Assembly: GCF_035594765.1 (NCBI RefSeq)
Contig: NC_085846.1
Location: 30,491,190-30,555,189 of the forward strand
Source: Anolis carolinensis
Taxonomy: Eukaryota
Direction of reading: 5' to 3'
DNA: 64,000 nucleotides
Position 1 is the first letter of the stretch, and each line of letters begins with the position of its first letter. The notes under the pieces were generated by a model that saw nothing but the letters and a program-made list of their open reading frames with translations, did not search any database and was not told the origin of the DNA. Shown piece after piece: positions 26,131-40,020 of this stretch. A program made the position numbers and the translations under genes.

Positions 26131-26985
26131 ACACTCCAGAAGACAGGAGCAGAATTCAAAACGATCTTGACAGACTAGACAGATGGGCTGAAACTAACAA
26201 AATGAAGTTCAACAGGGACAAATGCAAGATACTTCACTTCGGCAGAAAAAATGGAAATCAAAGATACAGAATGGGGGACGCCTGGCTTGACAGCAGTGTG
26301 TGTGAAAAAGACCTTGGAGTCCTCGTGGACAACAAGTTAAACATGAGCCAACAATGTGATGCGGCAGCTAAAAAAGACAACGGGATTCTGGCCTGCATCA
26401 ATAGGGGTATAGCATCTAGATCCAGGGAAGTCATGCTCCCCCTCTATTCTGCCTTGGTCAGACCACACCTGGAATACTGTGTCCAATTCTGGGCACCGCA
26501 GATGAAGGGAGATGTTGACAAGCTGGAAAGTGTCCAGAGGAGGGTCACTAAAATGATTAACGGTCTGGAGAACAAGCCCTACGAGGAGCGGCTTAAAGAG
26601 CTGGGCATGTTTAGCCTGCAAAAGAGAAGGCTGAGAGGAGACATGATAGCCATGTATAAATATGTGAGGGGAAGTCATAGGGAGGAGGGAGCAAGCTTGT
26701 TTTCTGCTGCCCTGCAGACTAGGACGCGGAACAAAGGCTTCAAACTACAGGAAAGGAGATTCCACCTGAACATCAGGAAGAACTTCCTCACTCTGAGAGC
26801 TGTTCGACAGTGGAACTCTCTGCCCCGGACTGTGGTGGAGGCTCCTTCTTTGGAGGCTTTTAAGCAGAGGCTGGATGGCCATCTGTCGGGTGTGCTTTGA
26901 ATGAGATTTCCTGCTTCTTAGCGGGGGTTGGACTAGATGGCCCATGAGGTCTCTTCCAACTCTACTGTTCTATGATTCTATGATT
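26131..26985 (+). mobile_element. 5'-truncated young CR1 LINE
   Basis: Open RT C-terminal frame nearly identical to 1431-2347; ATTCTATG tail. Confidence 0.95.
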
Positions 26986-28399
26986 ATACACCAAACACCA
27001 AGTCTTGGGATTCCATAGGAGAGAGACATGGAAGTTGAAGAGGTAGAAAACTGATAAAAAGGTATACTACAAGACTTCCTCTTGATTGTGTTTTGTTTGG
27101 TTAACCATTATTTAAAATATAAGATTCATTTAAGCTGCATTGCTATCATTAATATATTACATAATTCTTACTTTTAAAATCAGGACTGCGTTATATAATT
27201 TACAGGCATTTCTAATTCCCTGGTCAGTTAATACCTTTATCAGGCCTAGCAAGGTATCAAAACAAAGAACAAGCTTTTAGAATCTTTAGAGTTCATGGAC
27301 AATGTTAAACAAAACAGGCAGCAAAGTTGGCCTGATGTTAATGCCATGAAGTCTGCATTTAAGATGAAGCGGTGGGAGAAGAAAACAGGCATCAGTTCTG
27401 TACTCATTTTGCAGTCTTGCCAATGTGACATGGGCGGAGAGCTACAGCAATACACAGGATTATCCTTGTTGGAATATGGCATCTACAACATTCCGGGTTA
27501 CAGCTGATGAGGCTTGGCACAGCATGTTGCAAGGATCCTGACATTGGCCAATTCAGATGCTGGAGGGGCACATTGATTGGCAGATGTGGCATTCCACATG
27601 GGCTGAAGCCACTGCACAGTGCCTTGCCGCATAAGAATGAGAGAATCCCTGGCCTAGGAACTGGGCTTATTCAAAAATGCCTGAGCTAGGGTCCCATAAT
27701 GAGATCATGGGGAAAATATGCCAAACTGAGGAAAATATGCCAAAGCTCTGATAAAGAAAAAGCAATGAATGCAAACAGTAATCCACTGCCACCAGTATGA
27801 AACCATATGCACGATTCAGAGAGAGAGGATGTGTAGAAGGAAGATCTAGAGCAGACGGAAGCAGCAGATGGACAGACTTGGAAACCTCTTGGTATTCACC
27901 TGCATGAGTCCTCCCTCCGGGCTTACTAACCAAGCACCTGATTGGCCAATAGTTTCACAATTAGCAGAAAGCCCCCTAAAATACACTGGTTCCTGGGATG
28001 ACAAGCCAGTGTCTTGGTATTTGTGGGGCAGCCAGCCCTCTGAGTTCTTTGATTGTTTCAGAGTCCACCTAGGGTTCATGGGACAGATTTCATTTCTGAA
28101 AATATGCAGTCTGAATCCACATTTGCGAGTTTGACTTTTGCAGCTTTGATTATTCATGGAATTGGTTAAAACATGAATCTCTAGAACCTTTGGTGTGACT
28201 CTTATATCCTGATGTTGACCATAGAATCACACTCGGATAGAGAGATTCCTAGAGAGGTGTTCTCTCAGCTTTCTTTTTAGTTTTGATGGATCAGCTGCAA
28301 TACTGAGTGGAGACTTCCAACAGATTTTCACAGCTGATATCCTTCCATTTGGACAGCTGCAATGGGTTATATGCAGCCCTCCCTTTGAAAGTAGTTCAA

Positions 28400-28700
28400 A
28401 AACACGGTGGCCAAAACGTTAATGAGAGATGACTGATATATTTGCATTATGCCAACACATCTGCACTGACTGCCAGTCCTGGCTAAAATCAAAGTTCTGA
28501 AGTGTATCTCCTTCTATATTCTCTTGGACGCTAAGTCCACTGATCACAATATAAGGACTGGCTGGTGAATACAAGGGACAGGGTCTTCTCAATGGTGGCC
28601 CCCCATTTGTGGTATTTCTGCTCCAGAAAGGCTTACTTACAGGACAGTCTTCACTTCCAGGTGAATGCCTTCTATATTTCTAGAGATTTAATGGACAGTT
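28400..28700 (+). mobile_element. Old L2 ORF2 3' fragment
   Basis: Remnants of LH(W)LP and FSMVAPHLW motifs. Confidence 0.5.
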
Positions 28701-28730
28701 TTGATGCTTTTTAGAGCTGTATCATTTTAT

Positions 28731-29056
28731 ACCCCAGTGGTGCAATGGGTTAAACTGCTGAGCTGCTGACTTTGTTGTCCAAAAGGCCAGCAGTTTCAAT
28801 CCGGGGAGCAGGCTGAGCTCCCACTGTTAGCCCCAGCTTCTGCCAACCTAGCAGTTCAAAAATATGCAAATGTGAGTAGATCAATAGGTATTGCTCCAAC
28901 GGGAAGGTAATGGCACTCCATGCAGTCATGCTGGCCACATGACCTTGGAGACATCTACGGACAACACTGGCTCTTCAGCTTAGAAATGAAGATCAGCACC
29001 AGACCCCAGAGTCAGACGTGACTGGACTTGATGTCAGAGGGAAACGTTTACCTTTA
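28731..29056 (+). mobile_element. Sauria SINE
   Basis: Full body; 12-bp TSD GTATCATTTTAT. Confidence 0.92.
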
Positions 29057-29407
29057 GTATCATTTTATCTTTGGTTGCAGTTATTACATTTTATTTTACT
29101 ATGTATATGTTTTAGTGTTGGCCCTTGATTTTGTCTTGTTTTTATCAGAAGTTATTAAATTATCATTGGGTTTTTTATTTTTACTCAGCTGTACGTAACC
29201 TCAATAACTGTACGTATATCCTCAATTTTTCTGGATATAATAAATTCAGCACTGCATTGATTAAGCAAATGGATGATAATATGAGTCTCAAATGTTGGGG
29301 GGGGGCAGTTGAAAGAGTAGGACAAATATTCTTACTCATCTTCATGTTTCAAGGAGTGAATTTCATTTTGCCACATTATGATTATATTCCTCATCCTTCC
29401 TATTTAG

Positions 29408-29558
29408 CTGACTTACCTTCCGCCTCCGTGGGGCGAGTGCCGCTCGTCGGACTTTGGCCTAGACTTCTTCCCTGTTTACAGCATCACTGCATGCAGGATT
29501 GACTGTGAGACCCGCTACGTGGTGGAGAACTGCAATTGCAAAATGGTTCACATGCCAG
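29408..29558 (+). CDS. ASIC2: ASIC2 coding exon (151 bp): [50 protein letters not shown](G)
   Basis: TAG acceptor, GT donor at 29559; Cys-rich thumb domain; phase 0 to 1. Confidence 0.96.
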
Positions 29559-29764
29559 GTGTGTCTTTGAAGATGAGCTGCCACCAACCCTGAAGACGCT
29601 TATCCCCTGTTGTCAGCATGGTTTTTCTAAAATGAAACTGGTGTTTTATATCCATAGTTATAGATGTTTTGACATCTCCATATTGACATCTAGAACCCTA
29701 CATTTTAGCTAGTTTATTTGAAGGCTAAAGTACATATTACTATAATTACGTGGCATCCAGATGA

Positions 29765-30096
29765 GCCCCTGGTGGCGCAGCGGATTAAACTGCTGAGCTG
29801 CTGAACTTGGTGACCGAACGGTCGGCAGTTTGAATCCGGGGAGTGGAGTGAGCTTTTGCTGTTAACCCCAGCTTCTGCCAACCTAGCAGTTCGAAAACAT
29901 GCAAATGTAAGTAGATCAATAGGTACCACTTCTGTGGGAAGGTAATGACACTCCATGCAGTCATGCCAGCCACATAACCTAGGAGGCGTCTATGGACAAC
30001 GCTGGCTCTTCAGCTTGGAAATGGAGATGAGCACCACCCCCCAAAATCGGGCACAACTAGATTTAATGTCACGGGAAAATCTTTACCTTTACCCTA
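29765..30096 (+). mobile_element. Sauria SINE
   Basis: Full body; TSD CCAGATGA. Confidence 0.92.
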
Positions 30097-30714
30097 CCAG
30101 ATGAATCAGAACAAGCATATGCAAACCTGATAAGGACTGGGACGCAACACAAGGGAGAGAGGCTGAAACTTTCCACTTTTTGGCTCTTCAGTTCTCTCCC
30201 TTCTCCAGCCCATGAGGCTACATAATCCTTCTTTTTCATTTTTATACCCAATCAGGAGGATTTTAAAGTAGAAAGTTTAGTCTTTCCCACATGTGTATTA
30301 GTCCCAATCTAGGGTAGGACTAGCCTTTTAACCTTTTAAGGAAATTAACATTCAGATGTGCACTGTATTTAACTTAGTTTGACTAAGAGTTTTTTAAAAA
30401 TAGTTTCAGTGCAAGATCTATATGCCTTGAAGTGTAATCCTATATACGTGGTAGTAATCCTCATTAAAATTAATAGGACTTCTTTCACAATAGTTATATG
30501 TGGGATTACACAATTTACTATCTGGCCATCTGTGACCTTAATTAAAGGTCCTGATGATCAGAAATGGGCTTTCACTTTACAATAGATTGTATCTGTAGCT
30601 GCTCTCCTTACCCTCTTCAAGCAAGGACTTGCTTTCTAAGCATTTTAGAAAGAAACCCATCCTTCACTGTACACTGTGCATTTAAAATTGTGCTGTGTAT
30701 TTTTTTTCCTTTAG

Positions 30715-30771
30715 GAGATGCTCCTTTCTGCACGCCAGAGCAGTATAAAGAGTGTGCGGAGCCAGCACTAG
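30715..30771 (+). CDS. ASIC2: ASIC2 coding exon (57 bp): (G)[18 protein letters not shown](V)
   Basis: T-rich tract + TAG acceptor, GTAAGT donor; phase 1 to 1. Confidence 0.95.
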   Translation, partial: EMLLSARQSSIKSVRSQH

Positions 30772-31279
30772 GTAAGTTCTGAAGGATAAGGGAGTCTCTC
30801 ACTGTCAGTACTGCAATTTCACAGAATTTAAGAACCATAAAGGCTCACATTTCATATTGGAATTCTGTTGCAAAGAACAGTATTTGTGTCCTCACATTTT
30901 TGGACTAACAAGAAAAGCATTTCTGCTCATGTGCAAAATTACTTTTTATATATTTTCTCACACACTATTGACTAAAGAGCAGGGCTTGCAAAGAATATAG
31001 TGCAGCTTCTATGAGATATTTTGTTGACTATTTAAAATGAAAAAAGTTTGTTGAAAGAATTATTTAACAAATAGTGAAATATGGTTAGTTTACTTCTAAG
31101 TAGGTATCTTTGAAAGAGTCAATTTTGGAATGAAGGTAGAAGGAAATGAAATCATCCTGAAAACATCAGTCTCAGTAAGAAATTCACTGAGACAAAATAG
31201 TAGAAGGAATACATCAAGTAACCCAAATTATTTATTTCTACTATTTTTTTCCTTCTGTAGTCACAAGTACTAACTTCAC

Positions 31280-31528
31280 AAATGCATTTTCCCCTAAAAC
31301 ATTTGCAAATACTCTCTCTATATATGTGCATTTCCCTACTGCAATATTTGCAAGCCCTATATATCTATGTTTATATCTTTCTAGACACCTCTCTCTATGT
31401 GTGTGTATGTGTGCATTTCCTTCAATATTTGCAAGCCCTATATATCTCTATTCATATCTATCTGACATGTCTATATATATTTGTGTGTGTATTTCCCCTG
31501 TAATATTTGCAAGCCCTATATATCTATA

Positions 31529-31583
<55 letters not shown>

Positions 31584-32167
31584 CTCTTTCTATATATAGA
31601 TAATTATATCTATATAGGATTTGCAGAGACTTGCAAACATGAGGGGAAAATTCATATATAAAAATAATGTATACATATAGATATAGACAGACAGGTACAT
31701 AGAAATCTCTAGATATCTATATGTATATAGGATTTACAAAGACCTGCAAACATATGAGGAGAAAATTCATATATAAAATTAATATATATAGATAGCGATA
31801 TATAGGTACATAGGGTTTGCAAAGGCTTGCAGGGGGGAAATGCCTATATATCTGTAGGAGAGATTAACAAATATTTCAGGGAGAAATGCTTTTATAAGAT
31901 TAATGGATTTTTTTTTCTTTTTTGGCTTGCAAGAGCTTCTCTCCCTCTCCTTTCCCTTTTCAAAACATCCCCTTGGTTAAGAGTAAGGGAGGCTTTGGAA
32001 TAGAAAACACACTGATAAGGGAGGGTAAGAAAAGAGATAAATATATTGTATGTTGCAAGCAATAGCCTTCAGGCTCCGCTGCCCAGCTTGACCCCATTAT
32101 AAACTAAGGGAGGCTTTTTCAGCTCAAAGGGCTAAAAAACTCGGTTTATCATCATGTATATACGGTA
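31280..32167. mobile_element. Mariner-type non-autonomous element with internal inverted AT-rich minisatellite arrays
   Basis: Right end …ctcggtttatc…gtatatacggTA; ~60-bp units then inverted units around a (TA)n/(CA)n core; left TIR not seen. Confidence 0.55.
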
Positions 32168-33625
32168 GTTTTATAAACAAGCACTGTTAAATTTCACTAC
32201 CAGCCCAACATTGTGGCTCCAGGCTCATTATTATTATCAATTTATTTATATAGGACTGTCACTGTACATTATGGTTTGCAAGTAAAAGAACAACAAAACC
32301 GTTTCCTGCCCTCGGGCTTATAAACTAATTAAAATGTGACACAAAAAGAAAAGGGCATGGCAGTGTCAAGGGAATTACCTCTGGCAGATACTGCCTCTTC
32401 TACTGTCCCTCCAAGGCCAGGTCAGTGACAGTTGGGATGAAGCCAGGGCCTTTCATCGGCTTCTGGGACTGGGCATGATGGAACTCTGCCCTTGACTTAG
32501 ATCAAATCCTAGCCCTTGTTTGTCAGTACCTTTTGTCAAGATTAGTGAAAGGAGTAAATATTAATTTCAGGGATGAATTCCATGCAGATTTTCCTACTTT
32601 GAATTACAGATTTGAATTTACCTGGAACATTTCCAAAATTGCATTGTCCTTCTCCTTTTTGCTTTTATATACCTGGTTGCAGCTGCTCTTAGCTGTAGGG
32701 AGGCTAATGCTATTAACTTGCAGTTCATCAACCAAACTTCAGATTCAGGGTGCTTGAAGTAATGCCCTCCCTTGTTCACAAAACCGTCGGGTATGGGGTG
32801 TCCAGATGGTGTTATTTTGCGTTTATAACTCATGTTTTCCCACCACATTTTTTTGTTTCTACAAAAAAGACAGTTTAGAAAGAAAAGATTAGTATCTTTT
32901 GACTGGTGATACTAGGAGCCATCCCTCTGGAAGCATCCTGAGAAATTTGAAACTTTTACTTTTTGATATTTTGACTTTTAAAAGATATCCCCAGATGAAA
33001 GAGACACACTCAAAGATGCTACAAGCCCAAGTTTTATTGTTTAAAAGCTTGACACATTTCAGCTTATTAATACTTTAAGATCTTCTGTGGGCTGTGAAAA
33101 AATAAAGAACAATACATAAATAAATGTTTACAAACATAATAAAAATATATAATCCTTCACATAATTATATATTGCATTATAGCCTGTGCATATTGAAAGT
33201 TAAGAACCTGAAGAAACGTGGGATAAACAGCTCTCCAAAGTAATTCACTGGTGACTTAGACATGTAAATAGAAGCTTGTAGGTATTAAACATTAATGGCC
33301 TGAAGATTCCAAGTCTTTTTGTTTATAGGTGAAAAAAATCATATTTCTACATCAAGCCTTGACATTTTAATTTTAAATTCAATATGTGTGTGTGTTTTAC
33401 CAACTTAGTGGTTTTTGTTACTTTTTCTTCAAAGTGCTTACTATCAATAGTAATTATTTTCTCCAGTACCCAGAATCTTAGGATTTTTGTAGAATAATTT
33501 TATTCCACAAAATGGCCCACACTTGGAGAACACCAGCTATACAGCTTCTTCATTTTAAAAAATTTTATCTCCAGTTTCTTTTGTAAAAGACCCACTTACA
33601 TATTGTTGGTGCCCATTGCCTACAC

Positions 33626-34891
33626 CTTGTCCGTCTCCTGAAGAACCTGTATAACAACCAAGTAACAACAGTAAGAACAGACCACGGAACAACAGACTGG
33701 TTTAAGATTGGGAAAGGAGCTTTGCAGAGCTGTATACTCTCACCCTACCTATTCAACTTGTATGCAGAAAACATCATGTGACGTGCGGGACTTGATGAAT
33801 CCAAGGCTGGAGTTAAAATTTCTGGAAGAAACATTGACAACTTCAGATATGCAGATTTATTTCATGTCAGGAGCGACTTGACAAACTACAAGTCGCTTCT
33901 GGTGTGAGAAAATGGCCATCTGCAAGGATGTTGCCCAGGGAACGCCCGGATGTTTTGATGTTCTGCCATCCTTATGGAAGGCTTCTCTTATGTCCTGGCA
34001 TGGAACTGGAGCTGATAGAGAGAGCTCATCCACGCTCTCCCCGGTTGGATTCGAACCAGTAACCTTCAGGTCAGCAACCTGACCTTCAAGTCATCAGTCC
34101 TGCCAGCACAAGGATTTAACCTACTGCGCAGATGTGCAGATGATGCCACTTTGATGGCTGAAAGTGAGGAGGAGTTGAGGAGCCTTATAACCAAGGTGAA
34201 AGAAGAAAGTGCAAAAGCTGGATTGCAGCTAAACTTCAAAAAAACCAAGATTATGCCAACCAGACTGATAACTGGCAAATAGAGGGAGAAAACTTGGAGG
34301 CAGTGACAGACTTTGTATTTCTAGGTGTGAAGATTACTGCAGACACAGACTGCAGTCAGGAAATTAGAAGACGTTTACTTTTTCGGAGGAGAGCAATGAC
34401 CAATCTCGATAAAATAGTGAAGAGTAGAGACATCACACTGGCAACGAAGGTCTGCATAGTATTCCCCATAGTAATAACCTATGGATGCGAGAGCTGGACC
34501 ATAAGGAAGGCTGAGCAAATGAAGATAGACGCATTTGAACTGTGGTGTTAGAGGAAACTTCTGAGAGTGTCTTGGACCATAAGAAGATCCAACCAGTCCA
34601 TACTCCAGGAAATAATGCCCGGCTGCGCACTGGAGGGAAGGATATTAGAGGCAAAGATGAAGTACTTTGGCCACATCACGAGAAGACAGGAAAGCTTGGA
34701 GAAGAGAATGATGCTGGGGCAAATGGAAGGAAAAAGGAAAAGGGGCCGACCAAGGGCAAGGTGTGTGGATGGCATCCTTGTGGCGACTGGCTTGACCTTG
34801 AAGGAGCTGGGGGTGGTAACGGCTGACGGAGTTCTGGCGTGGTCTGGTCCATGAGGTCACAAAGTCGGAAGTGACTGAACAAATAAACAAC
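33626..34891 (+). mobile_element. 5'-truncated RTE-BovB LINE (RT + C-terminus) interrupted by a SINE
   Basis: LLKNLY…GTTDWFKIGKG…YADD…TDFVFLGVKITAD…AFELWC; 9-bp TSD TGCCTACAC (33617-33625, 34892-34900). Confidence 0.93.
33857..34128 (-). mobile_element. Vingi-partner SINE inserted in the BovB YADD codons
   Basis: 13-bp TSD CAGAT(A/G)TGCAGAT at 33844-33856 and 34129-34141. Confidence 0.9.
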
Positions 34892-34987
34892 TGCCTACAC
34901 TAAATAGCATAAATAACACAAATTCTAGTACAGATTATTAAAGTGGTACAAGGAATATCCTTTGTAGTCGATATTGTTGGGTTACAC

Positions 34988-35122
34988 CATTGATTCTCAA
35001 CCTGTGGGTCCCCAGATGTTTTGGCCTTCAGCTCGCAGAAATCCTAACAGCTGGTAAACTGGCTGGGATTTCTGAGAGTTGTAGGCCAAAACACCTGGGG
35101 ACCCACAGGTTGGGAACCACTG
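34988..35122. mobile_element. ~135-bp hAT MITE (SPIN-like TIRs)
   Basis: TTCTCAACCTGTGGGTCCCC palindrome; TSD GGTTACAC/AGTTAGAC. Confidence 0.88.
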
Positions 35123-35241
35123 AGTTAGACTGAAGTATCAGTTCTTTGATGTGAGCCAGAAGACAGCTCTTCCTTTGTCCCTTTGTTTAGGGGCAGTTAA
35201 TCCTACTGGCAAACCACCTTTCCCCCCTCTTTATCTTACAG

Positions 35242-35395
35242 TGGTTCTTGGTGAAAAGGACAGTGGTTACTGTGTGTGCCAAATGCCATGCAACTTGACA
35301 CGCTACAACAAGGAACTCTCCATGGTTAAGATTCCCAGCAAGACTTCAGCCAAGTACCTTGAGAAGAAATTTAACAAATCTGAGAAATATATCTC
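35242..35395 (+). CDS. ASIC2: ASIC2 coding exon (154 bp): (V)[50 protein letters not shown](S)
   Basis: CAG acceptor, GTAAGT donor; ASIC2-specific [19 protein letters not shown]; phase 1 to 2. Confidence 0.96.
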
Positions 35396-36643
35396 GTAAG
35401 TAAAGCCTGTCTACGTAGGGCTGGAGTAATCATTATGGTATGTAAGCTGGGTAGAATTTCTTGCTAATGATACATTGTGGTACCTGTTTGTCAGTTTTGG
35501 TCCAGAGTGTAGTAATAGTCCAAATCAGAAAGGGTTTTGGGTCCCACAGCAGCAGACAAGGATGTGAGGAGCCAGAGGTAGGAATCCAGTCAAAGGCAGG
35601 CAGAAGTCAATCCAGATAGGCTAGGATGTGGTGCAGTGATCAAGAAGAAGCCAGGTGGGAGAGCAGGAGCTTGCATTAGAAACTGGTTGCTCAGAATACA
35701 GAGCTGACATTGAAGTAGGAGTTTTATTGAGCATGGTCCATAGGGGATTGGCCTCAAGATAGGCTGGCTGTTTAGGCTGACTCATGCTGCAGGGGGAATA
35801 ATGCAAGACCGTACAGATGTCACTGGACTGCACCTCCCAGTGGCCCTAGCTAGTGCCTGGTCAATAGTAAGGCATTATTGAGCAACATGTTTTCTGTCCA
35901 TTGCTTAGATTGTGCTCTTGAAGCCCATGGCTCAGACTGCCAGGTTAAGAGTAGCAACAATGTGATGGGAGCATTAACTGCTGGCAGTCCAAATTCAAAA
36001 TACACACACATCCATGCTTGGTACCGCTACTGTCTTACACTGTCTATCACAAGGTAAGTGAGAAAAGCATAATATTGTACGCTTAAGTGGCCTAAGCAGA
36101 CGTGTGGACTTGGGAAACAGAGCTTGGAAAAGTGCTCTTCACAGTGTTTGTAAAAAGTCTTTGAAAACTTCCTAGCATGGACAGTGTGCATGGTCTGGCC
36201 TTCTTTTGGAGTCCTGGTGACATTTAATCTCCTACCATAGAAGAAAATTGGTGGTCTAAATAGACCTCTAGTTGGATTCAGTAAGTCTGTTCTAATAATT
36301 CCTGAAATACATGGTACATGTATCTTCCTGCTATTCTCAAGGAGGCTAGCTGAGGTCAGATTCTTAATCAGCTGGACATTTGGAAGGAGGGATCCTTACG
36401 AAAGAGAGGAAATGCAGGATCAAGACGTGCAGGTTGCCTGGAAACTATGAGACAACCTAATGGAAAACATGTGGTCAAAGGTTGGGGATGAGGGCAGTTG
36501 AAACTCAATGATGTCTGAAAGGCCCCTTTCCTTGCCAGAATGACTTGATCTTGCTGTTATAGGTGGCCTGAACCTTGCTAAGGCATAACACAGCCCTCAG
36601 GCTATTGACTTAAAATATTGAGTTCTCTCCATGCTCATTTTAA

Positions 36644-36832
<189 letters not shown>

Positions 36833-37059
36833 TAAAAGTTTGGACGGTGTATATTTCTGTGTCCCTTTGTGTGCCCAACATATGTGTAGGTTTAGACCTT
36901 ATCTGCAGGTTCAAGCCCACAATGTCAGGTGCAGCTCCAGGAATGATCTCCTGAGGAACCAGCCTCCTAAGGTGATAAAACTTTATAACAGAACTGTCCA
37001 TTCATTCCCTTTCCTTCCTCAGAGGTAACTACATCATACAGCTGAAATGCAATCTTGCA

Positions 37060-37300
37060 GTTATTCAAACTTTATTTTAAAAATCAGAATTATAATTCAT
37101 GTTTAAATATGGTTTTAATGGTTTTAATTCATAGCTATATCTTATTGCTAGATATTATGATTTTGTTTTTCACATGTAGGTTTGACATTGAATTTTGCCG
37201 TTACTATGTTGGACACTGCTTTGAGTCCCGTCCCGTCCCCGCTCCCCCCCCCCCCCCAGGGGTGGGAAAAGCGGTACATAAATGCAGTAAATAAATAAAT
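37060..37300 (+). mobile_element. L2 3'UTR/tail
   Basis: ctttgagtccc…ggggtgggaaaagcggtacataaatgcagtaaataaataaat. Confidence 0.65.
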
Positions 37301-37843
37301 CTCCATACATTTTAAATTTCATTTTTGAAAATTCAGTTTGAAGCAAAACTCTAAAAGCAGATCTTAAATCTGGTTGACAAATCAAAGAAAATAAAACCAA
37401 GAGCCTGTTTGACAAGTTCACTATAAATACATTCTTCTTATTTGCACATTGCTTTACACTGGGGTTGAAAAGAATGTATTTTTTGTACCAACCAAATGTC
37501 TATGGAAGAGCTTTCCAAATTGTGTGTCGGGACACTCTAGTATGTCACCTGTAGTCCACAGGTGTGTCACATTTAAAATGCTCCCCACCAACAACAACAA
37601 CAACACCAAAGGCTGCCTGGCAAGCCAAAGGCTTGGCAGCCACTACTTCAAGGCAACACATCAGTTGCTTGAGGAGGAGCTGCCAGCAGCAGCAAGTGGT
37701 GCTGAGCCCAAGTCCAAGAACATTCAGTCCAATCCCCTTCAACCAGGCAGCAAGACACAGTCAAACCCCTCCGAATGGATAGCCATACAGCTTTAGTTCA
37801 AAAACCTCTAGAGGACTCCCAGGCAGTCTATACTTCACTAGCA

Positions 37844-37950
37844 TTGGAAGAGACCCCCAGAGGGCATCTAATTCAACCCCTTTTAGCCAGGCAGGAATAC
37901 ACAAGCAAAGCACCCCTAGATGGCCATCCAGCCTCTATCTAAAAACTTCT
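37844..37950 (-). mobile_element. CR1 3' end fragment
   Basis: ttggaagagaccc…caaagcacccc…gatggccatccagcctc. Confidence 0.7.
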
Positions 37951-38308
37951 ACAGCACTTATTCAAGTGTATTGTCAAAGGATTCATTGCTGGAATATCTG
38001 TATGGCCGTGTTCCAGAAACATGGAGCATGGCCATACAGACCAAAAGACTCACGGCAACCCAATTATTCAAGTGTTGGTATTGTTTGAACTTTTATAATT
38101 TGTACAATTTGTTGATTGATTTGCAGTAATTACCACTAAAATTGATTCATTTCTAATTAAGAAAATCTGTTGAAAGTTATGTTTGTGATGAATCACATGG
38201 AGTGGCTGTGAAGGAAACTAGTCAAGAATCAAATGTAGAACACAAGAAGTATAAAGGAAGAAATTCCAGACCTTGCTTATACAGTAAGGATCATATGAAA
38301 CTTATATT

Positions 38309-38428
38309 CAGGCAGTCCCCAAGTTATGCACAAGATAGGTTCTGTAGATTTGTTCTTAAGCTGAATTTGTAAGTCGGAACAGGTACATTTTTTCAGTGTT
38401 ATCTTATTCGCAACTCGGGGACTGCCTG
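38309..38428. mobile_element. Tigger-like MITE
   Basis: TIR CAGGCAGTCCCC...GGGGACTGCCTG, TA at the right end. Confidence 0.8.
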
Positions 38429-38971
38429 TATAAGGGGTTGGCTTAACCTCCAGTTTCATAGGTAGTAAAACTGAATTTGTCACAAAAGGATGCATGTCTA
38501 AAAAGTATGTTGCCAACATGAAAAGTTTGGAAAGCTCTGGTCTATGGTGTCCAATGCATTCTCAGTCTGGAAAGAAGTGGGGGAAACCAAAACTAATGCG
38601 AAAATAGCTTTAGAATGGCAAATACATCCTCCCCCATTCTCCCTTTCCTAGCTGAAGCCATATATGAAGGCAGCCAGTGAACTCACGACAGAGACACACC
38701 TATAGCACATAGCCCTACATCACCAAAGAGACAGCATAGGAAATAATGCTTATAATGTTTCCATTCCATAACTACCAAAACTATAGGCATCAACCACCTG
38801 AATATTGCAAATCTCAGGTATCCTTACTGGCAAGAATTTTAATCCAGAAATGCTTGTCATTGAGTCTGTTTTGGAGTACAACACACAAAAGGGAAGAAGA
38901 AGAGCTTTACAATACAACGCCCACATTACTACTGGGTAGGATTCTTGCAGGGAGTGTTCTTCCTCTCTGAC

Positions 38972-39180
38972 TGCATCTATACTGTAAAATTAATGCCGTT
39001 TGACACCACTTTAACTAGCATGGCTCAATGCTATGAAATTCTGGGGGTTGTTTTAAAAGTATGTTCACCTTCTCTGCCAAAAAGTGCTAGTGCCACACCA
39101 AACTATAAATTCCAGAATTCCTTAGCTTTGAGCCACAGTAATTAAAGTAGTGTCAAATTGCATTTATTCCACAGTGTATG
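38972..39180. mobile_element. Palindromic MITE (family of 44106-44322)
   Basis: gcatctatactgt…acagtgtatg termini with internal inverted arms. Confidence 0.7.
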
Positions 39181-40020
39181 TGTATTCAACTCATGTTGGT
39201 GGGAGGGAGATCTTGGACTTGCGGTAATGGTACGCTAAAGCTGCCCTTTATATTTACAACAAGAGGAAATTAGCAACTGAAGGCTTTATTTGCCAGGCTG
39301 GGTATCATTTTATTATGTATTGTAGAGGCACATTGATTAATATGCAACTTTGGTCTAGGATAATGACGTTGATTATATACACAGAGCTGGGCACGGATCA
39401 GCAGTTTATTTGATTAACACAATAAAAGACAGGAAGGAGAATCAGAGGCAGAATGGCCAAGTAAAACAGGAGTGTACACGCAAAAAGGAGGCACTTAATT
39501 TCCAATAAGGATCTGGGAGTATGCTAGGGAATTAGCCCTGACACCCAGGACTAATAGATTAGTTTTTAATTTTTTCCCCTCACATGTCCACCCATTCTAC
39601 CAGGGTGTTCTGCCAGTGTTTGTTACGGGCAGAACATTTTGTACAACAGCTCCCAGAACTCTCCCAACTAATGGACATGCTAAACTATCAATGGACATAA
39701 GAGTTTCTGTTAAAAAAAAAAGAGTAAAATTTTTGAGTCGTGACCTGACATAGCATTGGCATGTACAAAGTTTCACTCGTGCTGTAAGGCTCCTTCCACT
39801 AAATCCTTCGCTTCTTTAAGCATGAAATACAGAATCAAGTAACTGGGAATAAAAGGGAATATTAATGATGGCAAGAATGGCAAATAAGTTTGTTGTTGTG
39901 TACCAGTTGTAATGCAGTGGAGTCCAGGACTTGAATCTCCATTTGACCAGGGAAACCTACTGAGTGAGCTTAGGTGAGCCACATTCTCTCAGCCACAGAG
40001 GTCAAAGGCTTTGAACAAGG

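Noticed and set aside
26022-26900. 292-aa ORF as a novel fusion protein
   Set aside because: Chance in-frame join of flank and CR1; it lacks the RT catalytic core and has no evidence of expression.
35500-35890. Possible LTR remnant after the exon at 35395
   Set aside because: LTR-like composition, but no termini, TSD or second copy to support it.
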